Shown: positions 19,827 through 30,200 of the stretch, in pieces
Numbering within the stretch: the stretch's first letter is position 1
How the letters are laid out: each line of letters begins with the position of its first letter
Notes under the pieces: generated by a model
Told to the model about the DNA's origin: nothing
The model's input: only the letters and a program-made list of their open reading frames with translations
Databases searched by the model: none
Position numbers and translations under genes: made by a program
Assembly: GCA_918797485.1 (NCBI GenBank)
Contig: CAKKNE010000005.1
Span: 1,302,001-1,366,000 of the forward strand
DNA: 64,000 nucleotides
Source: Pelagomonas calceolata
Lineage: Eukaryota
Direction: 5' to 3'

Positions 19827-20546
19827 TTATTGGCCGAACGTGATCCCGAGCGGCCGCGCGGCGCCCTGCCAGCGTTGAGGTGGCCGGATTGTTTGAGGCG
19901 GCGCGGGCGTCCACGACGGCGCCGCGTTCAGGCGCCGGTGGCCCTCGGCGAGGAGCCGCTCCTCGAGGTTTTTGGACTGGGGCGCTTTTCTACGGAGCGC
20001 GGTCTGCAGAAGCACGAGGCCCGGATCGAGGCGCCTCGATTGGGGGTCGCGGGCCCACGTGTGGCGGAGGCCGTCTCTCTCAGAAGTGGATTTCCGCCGT
20101 CTCGGGGGCGACGCGGAGAGACCCCCGATCTGCCGCAAGATGGCCGAACAGCGCTGGAGCCCGCCCGGGGCGTCCGCGTGCGTCGTCGACAGCTGGCGCT
20201 GGGTCACCCCCAGACCCTCGGGCCGGCGGAACGCGTCGCCCCGCGCCGCGCGCCGTAGAGGTAGGCAGTCCACCGTGCCCGCCAAGACATCGGTCCGCTT
20301 CAGGGACTGCGCGGAATGCAAATCCCGCGGCACGCGGCTGCGCGGCACGGGCTCCGGGCGGGGACCGGGCACGCGCGGCGCCGTCGTCGTCACCGCCGTG
20401 GGGACGCTGATGGTCATTTCGCGCCGCTGCTTGAGCGCTTTTTCTCGCGCGACGGCGGCCTCGACGGCCTCCGCGAGCGTGTAGGTCTTGCGCGGGTCGG
20501 GGATGTTGACTCCTTGTAAAGAGAGGGGCTTGGCTACCATGGGCAT
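19827..20546 (-). CDS. Hypothetical protein
   Basis: 239-aa ATG ORF converging with the SUZ gene. No domain recognised. Confidence 0.55.
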   Translation of the reverse strand: MPMVAKPLSLQGVNIPDPRKTYTLAEAVEAAVAREKALKQRREMTISVPTAVTTTAPRVPGPRPEPVPRSRVPRDLHSAQSLKRTDVLAGTVDCLPLRRAARGDAFRRPEGLGVTQRQLSTTHADAPGGLQRCSAILRQIGGLSASPPRRRKSTSERDGLRHTWARDPQSRRLDPGLVLLQTALRRKAPQSKNLEERLLAEGHRRLNAAPSWTPAPPQTIRPPQRWQGAARPLGITFGQ

Positions 20547-20854
20547 TGTTCGTGGTCTTGCTCCCTGGCCTTGCTCCCTGCCCAGGGCTGGGGCAGATTC
20601 CTATGGACTTGTCTGGGCAGCCTCTCGTTGGGCTCCCTGGCTCCGAGGCGGTGCGAACGCGGTCAGCCGAGACCGTGCACGACACACGGCAAACTGGGTT
20701 GGGCGGAGGTGGTCCCTGGGCTACTGTTTTTACAGCGCTCTCTCTGGCAGGGAGATGCCAGTGCTAGCTAGTGGCGTCGGGTGGCGGAGATGAGTGCCGT
20801 AGCCGCCCTTCGATGACTCCGGGGTGGTGTCGGGCTTAGAAGCGCAGGAGTTTG

Positions 20855-20877
20855 CTAGTGTCTTACATGCCGCTAAG
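20855..20877 (+). promoter_or_regulatory. Bipartite upstream motif copy
   Basis: CTAGTGTCTTACatgcCGCTAAG in a divergent spacer. Confidence 0.55.
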
Positions 20878-21131
20878 GATTATTGGCAAGGACGGTCCTC
20901 GGCGTCGTTCCTCCGCAGATATCAGCTCACCCCCAGCCGAACCACAGCGGCATAGCTGTGAGAGGCACGCTGCAAGCTGTCCTGCTCGAACGAGCGCCCC
21001 GATTGACCCGCGCGCTGCGCCTGGTGAACATTCTGGCTGCAGCCTCAGTCCGCCGCACCATGAACATAGCCACGCCCTCCGCCCGCACTCACGGCATCAC
21101 GAACGTCGTGTCGCGCGGTCGGTTCTCAAGC

Positions 21132-22439
21132 ATGTCGTCATGCGGATCGCGGCGGCCGTCGGTGGCGCCAAGGCCGCCGAAGCTGTTCGATCCCACGGAC
21201 GAACGCCGCCGCCGCAAGGTCGAGCTCGAGCGGAAGGCGCCGAGCATTAAACCGATCCCAAAGCCGAACGACGGCACGAAGCTCCGCAGCGGCCCGGCCG
21301 TCGTCGCGGAACTCGAGCGCGCGCTCGCGGAGTCGGAGGACCGGCACGTCTTCCAACGCCACGCCTACGTCAGCGCGCTCGCGAGCATCGACAGCCTCGA
21401 CGCGACGCTCGCGACGCCCTACCTGATCCGCATGCTGGCGACGCGCCAGCGCTTTACGGAGCCCTCGCGCGAGCCGCACGACTCGCTCTACGGGCGCCTC
21501 GAGCGGAGCTCGCACGTCGTGGCCTTCGAGCTCCTGCTGGACCTCGCCGCGACGCAAGCGGGCCGCCGGGCCCTGACGCGCCACGTCCTCGAGATCGCCG
21601 CCGTCGCGGCGCGACCGGCGCCGCGACAGAGCAGCGTCGGCCCCGGCGTGCCCTGGGCGGAGGACGAGCCGGAGCTGGTGGAGGACGCGGACGGCGGCGG
21701 CCGGCGGCTCCTCGAGCTCATCAAGCGGCGCCTCTCGTCGGAGCACGAGCTGTCTGCAGTTCGACTCGTGGCGTCCATCGACGTCGCGCTGATGGTCGAT
21801 GGCGACGACGTCCGCGCCGAGAACGAGCGGTTGCGCGCGGCGGCCGAAGACGCGCACGCCGACGCCGAGGACGCGCGCGCCGCCGAGCGCCGCCTGCGGG
21901 AGGACCTCGCGGAAGCCGACCGCCGCCGCAAAGACGACGTCGCGGCCGCGGAGCGCGAGAGCGCAGCCGCGATTGGAGGAATGGCAGCCAAGCTGCGGGA
22001 GAGCGACGACGCGGCCGAGGCGCTGCGGCGGGAGCGCGACGAGCTCAAGAGGCGCCGCGACAGCGACGGCACCGTCGATTTGTGCGGGGACGACGACGAC
22101 GCGCCGCCGCCGAAGCGGAAGCGCGACGCGCTGCGCGAGCTCGTCGACGAGCAGCAACGGTCCGCACTTTTGGAGGTCAAGAAGGAGAAAGGAGAGGCCT
22201 TGGAGGACGCCGCGGAGGCGGAGGAGACGCTCGGATATCAAGTCCGGACGACGAACTGCTTACAGGGGAAGATCGACGAGCTCGTGGGCCTCTGCGGGGA
22301 AGCCGAGCGGCTCTCCGGTCTGGCCCAGGAGGCGGCGGCCGCGGGCGACTGCTCCGAAGCCGGCCGCCTCGCGGGCGCGGCACGGGACGCGGTCGACTCG
22401 CTCACGGTCAACAGCATCAAGTACCGGACGAACCGGTAG
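21132..22439 (+). CDS. Hypothetical coiled-coil protein (start uncertain)
   Basis: Long ORF with an E/A/R-rich heptad region and VDLCGDDDDAPPPKRKR (SIM- and NLS-like). Confidence 0.6.
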   Translation: MSSCGSRRPSVAPRPPKLFDPTDERRRRKVELERKAPSIKPIPKPNDGTKLRSGPAVVAELERALAESEDRHVFQRHAYVSALASIDSLDATLATPYLIRMLATRQRFTEPSREPHDSLYGRLERSSHVVAFELLLDLAATQAGRRALTRHVLEIAAVAARPAPRQSSVGPGVPWAEDEPELVEDADGGGRRLLELIKRRLSSEHELSAVRLVASIDVALMVDGDDVRAENERLRAAAEDAHADAEDARAAERRLREDLAEADRRRKDDVAAAERESAAAIGGMAAKLRESDDAAEALRRERDELKRRRDSDGTVDLCGDDDDAPPPKRKRDALRELVDEQQRSALLEVKKEKGEALEDAAEAEETLGYQVRTTNCLQGKIDELVGLCGEAERLSGLAQEAAAAGDCSEAGRLAGAARDAVDSLTVNSIKYRTNR

Positions 22440-22490
22440 AGGGGCGGCATTTTGTAAGTTTCAAGAGACATCACATCGCAGATGCGCGCG

Positions 22491-22513
22491 GCTAGCGGCT
22501 TGTAAGACACTAG
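22491..22513 (-). promoter_or_regulatory. Bipartite upstream motif copy
   Basis: Reverse complement is CTAGTGTCTTACaagcCGCTAGC, about 140 bp before ATG 22651. Confidence 0.6.
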
Positions 22514-22650
22514 GAAAACCACTTTTCATGATCACGCTGTTATCGGGTAGATCGGAGCCCGCCTCGCGCCAGCGGTTTTGGCGAGTCGGTATTGTAACAC
22601 CAAAACGGCTGCGACGACCGGCCCGCACCTTCTGACGGGCTGCCCGCGCC

Positions 22651-25023
22651 ATGGGAGAGAATCAGCAGCGCATCGTCCGGGCCGCGGCGCGCGACGCCTT
22701 CCTCCGCTTCGGCGAGGGGGGGCTCATCTCCGGCGCGGCGGTGCTCGAATTCGTCGAGGGCAGCACGTACGCAGAGGCCTGCCACCAGCACGAATTTGAA
22801 CATGCGTGGGCCGAGGCGGACCGGCACCAGCGCGGCGCGCTCGACGAGCGTGAGTTCCAGTCGTTCCTGCTGGCGGTGGATCGCTTCGCGGCGGCCGCGG
22901 CCGCGCCAGAGCCGGCGCCCGCCGCTGTGCCGGCTCCCGCGCCACCGCCGCCGCCCGCTGCGCAGAAGCCGGTGCCCGTCGCGCCACCGGCCCCCACGGC
23001 GGTACCGGTAGTGGCACCGCCGGCGCCCGCCGCGCCGCCCGCGCCGGCGCCGGCACCAGCACCGGCACCGCCGGCGCCGGCGCCGGTACCGGCGCGCGCC
23101 GCCGCGCCGGCCTCGCCGATCCGCCCCGACGACCACTGGATCGGGACGCGCGCCGCCGCGCCGGAGCCCGCGCCCGCGCCCCCGCCGCCGCCGCCCGCGC
23201 CGCCGAGCCCGTCGCCCCAGTCCAAGCTCGCCGCCTTCCTCGAGGCCGTGCCGGCGTCTCCCACAATTCCGCGGCCGCCGCCGGCGCGGTCGTCCTCGAA
23301 GCTCGCGGCCTTCGTCGCGGCGACGCCGAACCCGGGCTCGCCGACGACGACGCCGTCGAAGGCCTTCGCCACGCCGCCGGAGCCCCGCGTCGCGGCGCCG
23401 CCGCCGCCGCCTCCATCAAGCCCGTCGAAGCTCGCGGCGTTCGTGGCCGCGGTGCCGAACCCGGCGTCGCCCGTCTCAACGCGCAAAACCGCGATGGCAC
23501 CCGCGTCGCCGCCGCGGCCGGCGCGGCACCAACCGGTGCTCCCGGAGCAGCCCTTCGTGTCGTCGCTGCCCTCGCCGGCGACGCTCAATGTCGAGGAGGA
23601 GGCGCGCGCGCCCGACCCACCGCCACCAACCGTCGACGAGGCGACGGAGCCGGCGCGGGCGCCCGACCCAATCATCGAGGACGAGGCGACGCTATCGATA
23701 GCGGCGACGCGGACCATGGTCACCGTCGAGACGCAGACGCCGATCCAAACGCAGAGACCCGCGGCCAACCCGACGAGCGCGAAGAAACAGCGGCCCGCAC
23801 GGAAGCCGGCCCCGCCGGAAGCGGAGCTCGCCGCCCTCGACGAGGAGGCGCGGCGCTGTGCCGAGATTCGGACGTCGCTGCGCGTGCTGACGGACCCGCA
23901 CAACTTTGCTGGAGCGCCCGTCGCGCGCGCGGACCCATTACCTGCTCTTTCCGAGGAACCTTCCCAGAAACTCGACGCCCAGAAGGCGCCTACTTTACGA
24001 TCCGCGCACTCGGCGCAGCGCCACGTCGACCGGGTGCGCGAGGGCATCGCGAAGAAGGCCGCGGCGAAGACGCCGGGCGCGACGCGCGAGCGGGCCATGG
24101 CCGCGAAGCGGTCGTTTTCTTCTGTCAGAAAGCCTCCGACGTCGCCCCAACGTCCGGCGCGCCAGGGCCGGCGCGCGATTGCGCAGCCGTGGGCGCTCGG
24201 GCGGCCGAAGGTGAAGTCCGTAAAAACGAAGCCCGAGCGGTTCCGACGGCCGCCTCTCGCAGTACTTGTGAGTGCGGCCCGGAACTTGCCGGAGCTGCGC
24301 AAGTCGATCATGCGAGGTAGCTTGCGAAGACAGTACCGCGTCGCCGGTAGGGTGGCCTGGGCCGAGGGTGGGGAAGCCCATTTTCGGACGAAGGTCAGGT
24401 ATGACTCATTGGATTTTGGCGACCAGATCTGCTACGTGGAAGTGCCCCGAAAAATCGACCCGTCGAAGGCCGTGGTCCAGTTCTTCGTGCTCTATGGCGG
24501 CGGCGACGACGTCCTCGCGGCCGGCGGCGCGCACATGGCCGACCTTGGTGAGCTCAAGTGGCTGCCCCTGAAGCGGGGCTCGGCCGCCGCGGCGGGCAAA
24601 ATCAGAGGAGGCGCGTTACACGTGCGCGCCTACGTCGCGTCGCCTCAAGATCTGAAGCAGCTGAACGCGCCGCCGGCGCCCCGCGCGGCGCAGCGCGTCG
24701 CCGACCCGGTGAAGTGGGCGGTGGCCACGCCGTCGTTACTCAAGCAGCGCTACGAGAGCGCGCTGCGGTCCGCCGCGTCGCCGGCGGACGTCGCCGAAGA
24801 CTTGAAACGGTACCACGCGACGCTGCTGACGGCGCAGAGTATGGGCGACGACCCGCCGGCGACGGTCCAGAACGCACAGACGCCCTCGATGTCGTCCTAC
24901 TTCGCAGGTGCCGACGCCTCGCCGTCGCCGTCGCCGCCCGGCCGGAACGGGAGGGTGTCCTTCGACCGGTCGGCGTCGGCGTCGACGGACGCGTCGTCGA
25001 GCGCGCGGTCGCCGCCGGAGTAA
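22651..25023 (+). CDS. Pro/Ala-rich protein with EF-hand-like N-terminus and C2-like C-terminal domain
   Basis: ADRHQRGALDEREF (EF-hand-like), long PA region with SKLAAF repeated three times, LAVLVSAARNLP...WLPLK (C2-like). Confidence 0.6.
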   Translation: MGENQQRIVRAAARDAFLRFGEGGLISGAAVLEFVEGSTYAEACHQHEFEHAWAEADRHQRGALDEREFQSFLLAVDRFAAAAAAPEPAPAAVPAPAPPPPPAAQKPVPVAPPAPTAVPVVAPPAPAAPPAPAPAPAPAPPAPAPVPARAAAPASPIRPDDHWIGTRAAAPEPAPAPPPPPPAPPSPSPQSKLAAFLEAVPASPTIPRPPPARSSSKLAAFVAATPNPGSPTTTPSKAFATPPEPRVAAPPPPPPSSPSKLAAFVAAVPNPASPVSTRKTAMAPASPPRPARHQPVLPEQPFVSSLPSPATLNVEEEARAPDPPPPTVDEATEPARAPDPIIEDEATLSIAATRTMVTVETQTPIQTQRPAANPTSAKKQRPARKPAPPEAELAALDEEARRCAEIRTSLRVLTDPHNFAGAPVARADPLPALSEEPSQKLDAQKAPTLRSAHSAQRHVDRVREGIAKKAAAKTPGATRERAMAAKRSFSSVRKPPTSPQRPARQGRRAIAQPWALGRPKVKSVKTKPERFRRPPLAVLVSAARNLPELRKSIMRGSLRRQYRVAGRVAWAEGGEAHFRTKVRYDSLDFGDQICYVEVPRKIDPSKAVVQFFVLYGGGDDVLAAGGAHMADLGELKWLPLKRGSAAAAGKIRGGALHVRAYVASPQDLKQLNAPPAPRAAQRVADPVKWAVATPSLLKQRYESALRSAASPADVAEDLKRYHATLLTAQSMGDDPPATVQNAQTPSMSSYFAGADASPSPSPPGRNGRVSFDRSASASTDASSSARSPPE

Positions 25024-25041
25024 ATAAAAATGAATACTATA

Positions 25042-26856
25042 TCAGGCAAGGACCGCCGCCAAAAGCGCCGCGGAGGCGCTGGCCGCCACGAATCGGCGCG
25101 GCGCCGCCGCGTCGGACCCGAGCGCGGCGTCTTCGTTCTCGTCCTCGTCGGCGTCGGCGGCGTCGGCGGTCGCGGCGGCGGCGACCGGCGTGCCCATGTC
25201 CGTGAGCACGACATCAGCAAAGACATCGGTTTTGCCGTTATTCGCCGCGGCGGTCGCGAGATTTGACTCGCACTCCGACTCCGACGCCGTGAGCGTGTTA
25301 ACGATCGTGGTGGCGTCGGACGTGGAGGCGGTGGCGATAGTGTACGTAACTATAACGCCGTCCGCGAGGCGACGACGCCTGGCCGCGGTGATCGTCACCG
25401 TCACCGACGACTCGTCGACGCCCGCCGTTAACGCGATCGCCTCGCGGAAGACATCCTTGCTCTCCTCCGCCTCGGCGACCGTCAGGCCGGAGAACGTGAT
25501 GTCGCCGGTAACGACCGGCGCCGCTGTCGGCGAGAAAGAAGGCGCGACGGTCGGCCGCGGCGTGGTGGGCGCGACTGTCGGCCGCGGCGTCGGGATCGGC
25601 GTCGGCCGGGGCGTCGGCACCGGCGCCGTGGGCTGAGTAGGTTGTTTTGTGGGCGTCGGCATCAGAGTCGGCCGAGGCGTGGGCTCGACGGGTGCCGGCG
25701 TGTCCTCGACGGGTGCCGGCGTCGGCCGAAGCGTGGGCTCGACAGGTGCCGGCGTCGGCCGAAGCGTGGGCGCCGGCGCGCTTGCGAAGACGTCGTAGTC
25801 GTCGAGGCCCTTGCCGTCGAGGCACTGGACCGGGAGAGGAGTCGTGTAACCCGGGTGCGCTGTAGCGGTATGGTCGCTCGTGAAGCCGTCGCTGCCCGCG
25901 TAGTTCTTGAAGTCGCTCGCCGAGCTTAGGGTGACGCCGCGGTGGCAGCGGATCGTGAACGGGAAGTAGAGATCCAGATCGTCGGGCTTGGGGTAGGACG
26001 GCAGCGAGTTCAGGTCGTTGACTTTGCCGGTGATGTAGTAGCGATACTTGTAGTTGTCGACGTCCGGGAGCTCGCCCTCGTAGCCGCCGCACTTGTCCTG
26101 GCAGTAGGTCGCATGCGCGCCCGAGGCGCCGCAGTTGCGAATTTCGACGCCGCCGGGTCCAAGCGGGCCGTAAATCGGGAAGCCGTCTTGCGCCCAGCCG
26201 ATCTGTGAACTATGACCGTCACTGATGGGCGCGTCAGCGTTGGCTTGGGCAATCAGGCACGACGGCGGAAAGTGGTAGTGGTAGCCGCCGGTGCCCGAGC
26301 TGTGCCCGGAGCAGCAGTCGAACGAGATCCACTCGGCCGTGTCGTCGTAGATGTCGAGCTGGGGGCACGGCGGGTCCAGATTCTTGTTGCCCACGGCGCC
26401 GGAGTAGAAGACCACGCCGTTGAGCGCGTAGGCGATGCCGCCCATCTCGCAGTCGAGCGAGCTGGTGGTCGCCGTCTCGGTGGCGCCGGCGGCAGGGACC
26501 GTGGCCGCGTCGGCGAGCACGGCGGCCCAGTCGTCGGCGTCCAGGAGCTTCGGGTTCGCGGGGACGTCGACGTTGAGGTCCTGGTCCGTGGCCTCGGTGC
26601 CAGAGCCCTTCAGGCCCTCTTCATCGCAGGTCGGCTTGTTGGCAGGCTTGCCCGTGCAGTAGGACTCGTGGTTCGGGCAGCCCGCGGAGACGATCGTCCG
26701 CTTCGTGACGCCCTGGGCCGTCGAGATCGTTTCCGCGTAGGTTGCGGACGAGCCGTCCGCGGCGCAGGCGTCGCCACTATCATCGGAAGAGCCAGGTGGC
26801 GGCGCGCGGGCCGCGCCCAGCAGCGTGAGGATGATGAGTCGGTGCAGCGACGCCAT
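25042..26856 (-). CDS. YHYH-domain cell-surface protein, paralogue A (PT stalk, C-terminal hydrophobic tail)
   Basis: Signal peptide, GCPNH, IAYALNGVVFY, DCCSGH...YHYH, HSSQIGWAQDGFPIYG, PTPRPT repeats, tail ASASAALLAAVLA*. Confidence 0.85.
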   Translation of the reverse strand: MASLHRLIILTLLGAARAPPPGSSDDSGDACAADGSSATYAETISTAQGVTKRTIVSAGCPNHESYCTGKPANKPTCDEEGLKGSGTEATDQDLNVDVPANPKLLDADDWAAVLADAATVPAAGATETATTSSLDCEMGGIAYALNGVVFYSGAVGNKNLDPPCPQLDIYDDTAEWISFDCCSGHSSGTGGYHYHFPPSCLIAQANADAPISDGHSSQIGWAQDGFPIYGPLGPGGVEIRNCGASGAHATYCQDKCGGYEGELPDVDNYKYRYYITGKVNDLNSLPSYPKPDDLDLYFPFTIRCHRGVTLSSASDFKNYAGSDGFTSDHTATAHPGYTTPLPVQCLDGKGLDDYDVFASAPAPTLRPTPAPVEPTLRPTPAPVEDTPAPVEPTPRPTLMPTPTKQPTQPTAPVPTPRPTPIPTPRPTVAPTTPRPTVAPSFSPTAAPVVTGDITFSGLTVAEAEESKDVFREAIALTAGVDESSVTVTITAARRRRLADGVIVTYTIATASTSDATTIVNTLTASESECESNLATAAANNGKTDVFADVVLTDMGTPVAAAATADAADADEDENEDAALGSDAAAPRRFVAASASAALLAAVLA

Positions 26857-26975
26857 TTGGTGCTACCAAGCCCTTATTATGCAACGTTTCGGCTGCCCTT
26901 GGTACGTGGGTGCCCTTGCTAGCCCCTTATGGCATCGATTCTACCGAGTTTCTGCCTTGAGGTCGAGTCGAAACC

Positions 26976-27005
26976 CTAGTGTCTTACCTGTACAGGCCGC
27001 TAAGC
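26976..27005 (+). promoter_or_regulatory. Bipartite upstream motif copy (long spacer)
   Basis: CTAGTGTCTTACctgtacaggcCGCTAAGC, 120 bp from the ATG of YHYH paralogue A. Confidence 0.5.
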
Positions 27006-27238
27006 GCGGGACACAGAGCGAAGCGTTCGGGGTCCGGTCTACCTGGGGGTGGGTTCAATAAGCGACTCTCTCTCTCTCTCGCGGGGGAGCAACAGCAAAA
27101 AATCGTTCTCGCAGTAAGCATAGCGTCTGAAAACGATCTCAGCTACGCGAGGTGAAGGGGGAAAGTAGGGCGGCGCCGAGCTCGCTATATTATTTGTAAG
27201 GGCTTTTAGCTCGCAACCAAGCCCTCGGGGAGGAAGGA

Positions 27239-30200
27239 CTACGACGCGCCTCCCAGCCACGAACGCGGGTTCGCCAGAGACCGCGTGCTGTTCTGCGCGG
27301 AGCTCGCGGGAGGGCGCGCGGCGGCCCTGGTGCGCGGACTGAACGCCTTGAGTCTCGAACTGATTTCCGCGAAATCGGGCCGGTCCGCCGGGTCGGGGGC
27401 CCACGCGCGGAGCATGAGCTCCCGGAGCTCGGCGGGCATCCCGGCCGGCACGGGCGGGCGTTGCCGCTTGTCCACGACCTTTCGTGTGATCTGCACCGGC
27501 TGGAGCCCGTGCCACGGGAGGCCTCGATCCCAGATCTCCCACAGGACGATGGCGTACGAGTAGACGTCGCTCTTTTCCGTAAATATGTTGTCTTCCAAGA
27601 GCTCCGGCGCCATGAAGGCCGGCGTGCCCGCCGCGCCGCCGGCGGCGGCGGTGGCCTGCGTCGTCAGCGCCGTCTTCAACTCGTCGCAGCGCGAAAGACC
27701 GAAGTCGGTCACCTTGCCGCGGAGGTCGCTCGTCAGCAATACGTTCAGAGCCTTGAGGTCGCGGTGCTCGACGCCCTGCGCATACAAGAACGCCATACCG
27801 AACGCCACGTCTGCTGACCACGTCCGCTGCAGCGCGCCCGTGACAACGCCCGACTCGTCGTCCAGCGCGGCGCGGAGCGAGCCCCCGGCGCAGTACTCCA
27901 TGACTAACCCTAACCATCTGCCGTCCGTGGTGACGGCGCCCAGCACCGACACGATCCGCGGGCTCCGAAGGTGGCACATGATACTGAGCTCCATCTTGAA
28001 GCTCCGGACGACCTTCGCGCGGCGCGCGTGCGTCAGCCCCGCGATGCTAATCTTCTTGAGGCACACCTCTTCTTCCGCGTACCATGCGGTGTGTACGGAT
28101 CCGAAGCCCCCCGTCGCGATCGGCGCCTCGGACACGTCGTCGACCTGCACCTCGTACCTTTCTAGCTGAGCGTCCTTGTACTGCCGCGCCGACTCTTTCT
28201 TCGTCTTGCGCCGCAGCGAGTCGCCGAGCCCGCGGATCTGCTGCCGCAGGCCCGCGTCGCGTTGCGCGCCAGCCTCGACGGCCGCCAAGATTTGCTCGTC
28301 GCGCGCCGCGCCCGCCTCGACGGCCTTCATGAGTTCGGCGTCGCGCGCCGCGGCCGCGTTGACGGCCTTCGCGATGCCGGCGAGTTCCGCCTTGTCGCCG
28401 TGCAGCCCGGCCAGCATCTGTTGCATCTTCTTGTCCAGGTTCCCGAGGCCCTCCTTCACCTCTAACCTGAACTCCTGGAGCTCGCTGGACAGCTCCGCCG
28501 CGGCCACGCGGCCGTCCGCGGCGACGCGCGCGACCGCCGCGGGGTCCGCGGACAGCGACGCGGCGGCCTGCGCCTCGGACTCGCCAGTCGCGCGGACGCG
28601 CTCCGCCACGAGCTGCCCCACCGACGCTTCGATGCGGTAAGTCCGCTCCATCATGAGATGGTCGACCGACAGCCGGTAGATGTCCCGAAAGGTCTGCAGC
28701 TGCGCCACAATGCGTCTGTCCAACCGCCCCAACGACTTGACGTGGCTCTGCATCTTGAACGCGCGCTGGAGCCAGCCCTTCTTCCCGAACTTGCGTACGG
28801 CGCCGTCGAACTCGACAACCAGGTCCACCAACTCCCGCATTGCTTGCTCCACCAATTCGCGGCCCTCCGCGAGCTTATCCGCGTTCCGGGCCATCATCTG
28901 GACGACGTTGAGCACGTCGACGACGCGCTTCGCCGCGACCAGGACGTCGTCGGCCTTCTCCGAGAACTCCTCGGCCGAGCCAAGGCAGGACTGAGCCGCT
29001 TCGCAGAGCCGCCCGACGAGCGGGAGGCTGCTGCCGACGGAGAGCAAAGCGCTCGCGAGCATCATGCCGCGCTGGGTGACCCTCGACGTCTCCTCGTGGC
29101 GGGCGAACGCTATCGCGGAGCGGTCGTCGCCCTCCTCGAGGTCGCCGCCGCCACGCGCCCTCTGTTTCGTACTCGACCCTTTGCTGCTGCGACGGTAGAA
29201 GACGAAGGCGGCGGCGGCGGCTAGCAGTAGCGCGGCGCCCGCGGCGGCGGCGCCTGCGACCATCACGTCGTCGCCACCGCCGCCGCCGCCGGAGCCCCCT
29301 GACGCCTCGGCTGAGCTTTCGGTACCGCCCGCGAGCGCGCCAGCGAGTGTGGGGCGCGGCGTCGGCGCCGGCACGGGCGCCGGCGTCGGCCGAGGCGTGG
29401 GGTCGGCGGCGGGCGTGATGACGGCTTCTGTAAAGCCGTAGTCGGCGTAGGTCTTGTCGTCCCAGCACTGAACCGCGACGGGCGTCGTGTAGCCGTCGAG
29501 CGCTGTAGCGGTATGGGCGCTCGTGAAGCCGTCGGTGACGCCCACGCCATCGATGCAACTCTTGAAGTCGCTGATGCCCGAGCTCATGGTGCAGCCGCGG
29601 TAGCACCTGATCGTGTATGGGTAATAGAGCTCCTCCGAGTCGGGCATCGGGGTCGACGGTAGCGTGTTCAGGTCGCCGACTTTGCCCGTGATGTAGTAGC
29701 GGTACTTGTAGTTGTCGACGCCCGGGAGCTCGCCCTCGTAACCACCGCACTCGTCCTGGCAATAGGTAGAATGCGCGCCCGAGGTGCCGCAGTTGCGAAT
29801 TTCGACGCCGCCGGGTCCAAGCGGGCCGTAAATCGGGAAGCCGTCTTCCGCCCAGCCGACCTGTGCGCTGTGGCCGTCGCTGATGGGCGCGGCCTTGTTG
29901 GCTTGCGCAAGCAAGCACGACGGGGGGAAGTGGTAGTGGTAGGCGGCGTCGTAATCGCTGTGTCCGGTGCAGCAATCAAACGAGATCCACTCCGCCTCCG
30001 GATCGGCCACGTCGAGTTGAGGGCAGTTGCCATCCGCGTCGTACCCGACCGCGCCCGAATAGAAGCCGATGCCGTTCAGCGCGTACGCGATGGCGCCCAT
30101 GGAACAATCGAGTTCTCCGGGCTCATACGAGCTTTTCAGAATCGGATTCGCGGGGATGTCGACGCTGAGGTCCTGTTCGACGGCCTCGGTCCCGGAGCCC

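Noticed and set aside
22662..24311. 549-aa antisense Gly/Ala-rich ORF
   Set aside because: It is the mirror of the Pro/Ala-rich sense gene 22651-25023.
27065..27080. (CT)n microsatellite
   Set aside because: It is a short simple repeat in a spacer with nothing distinctive.
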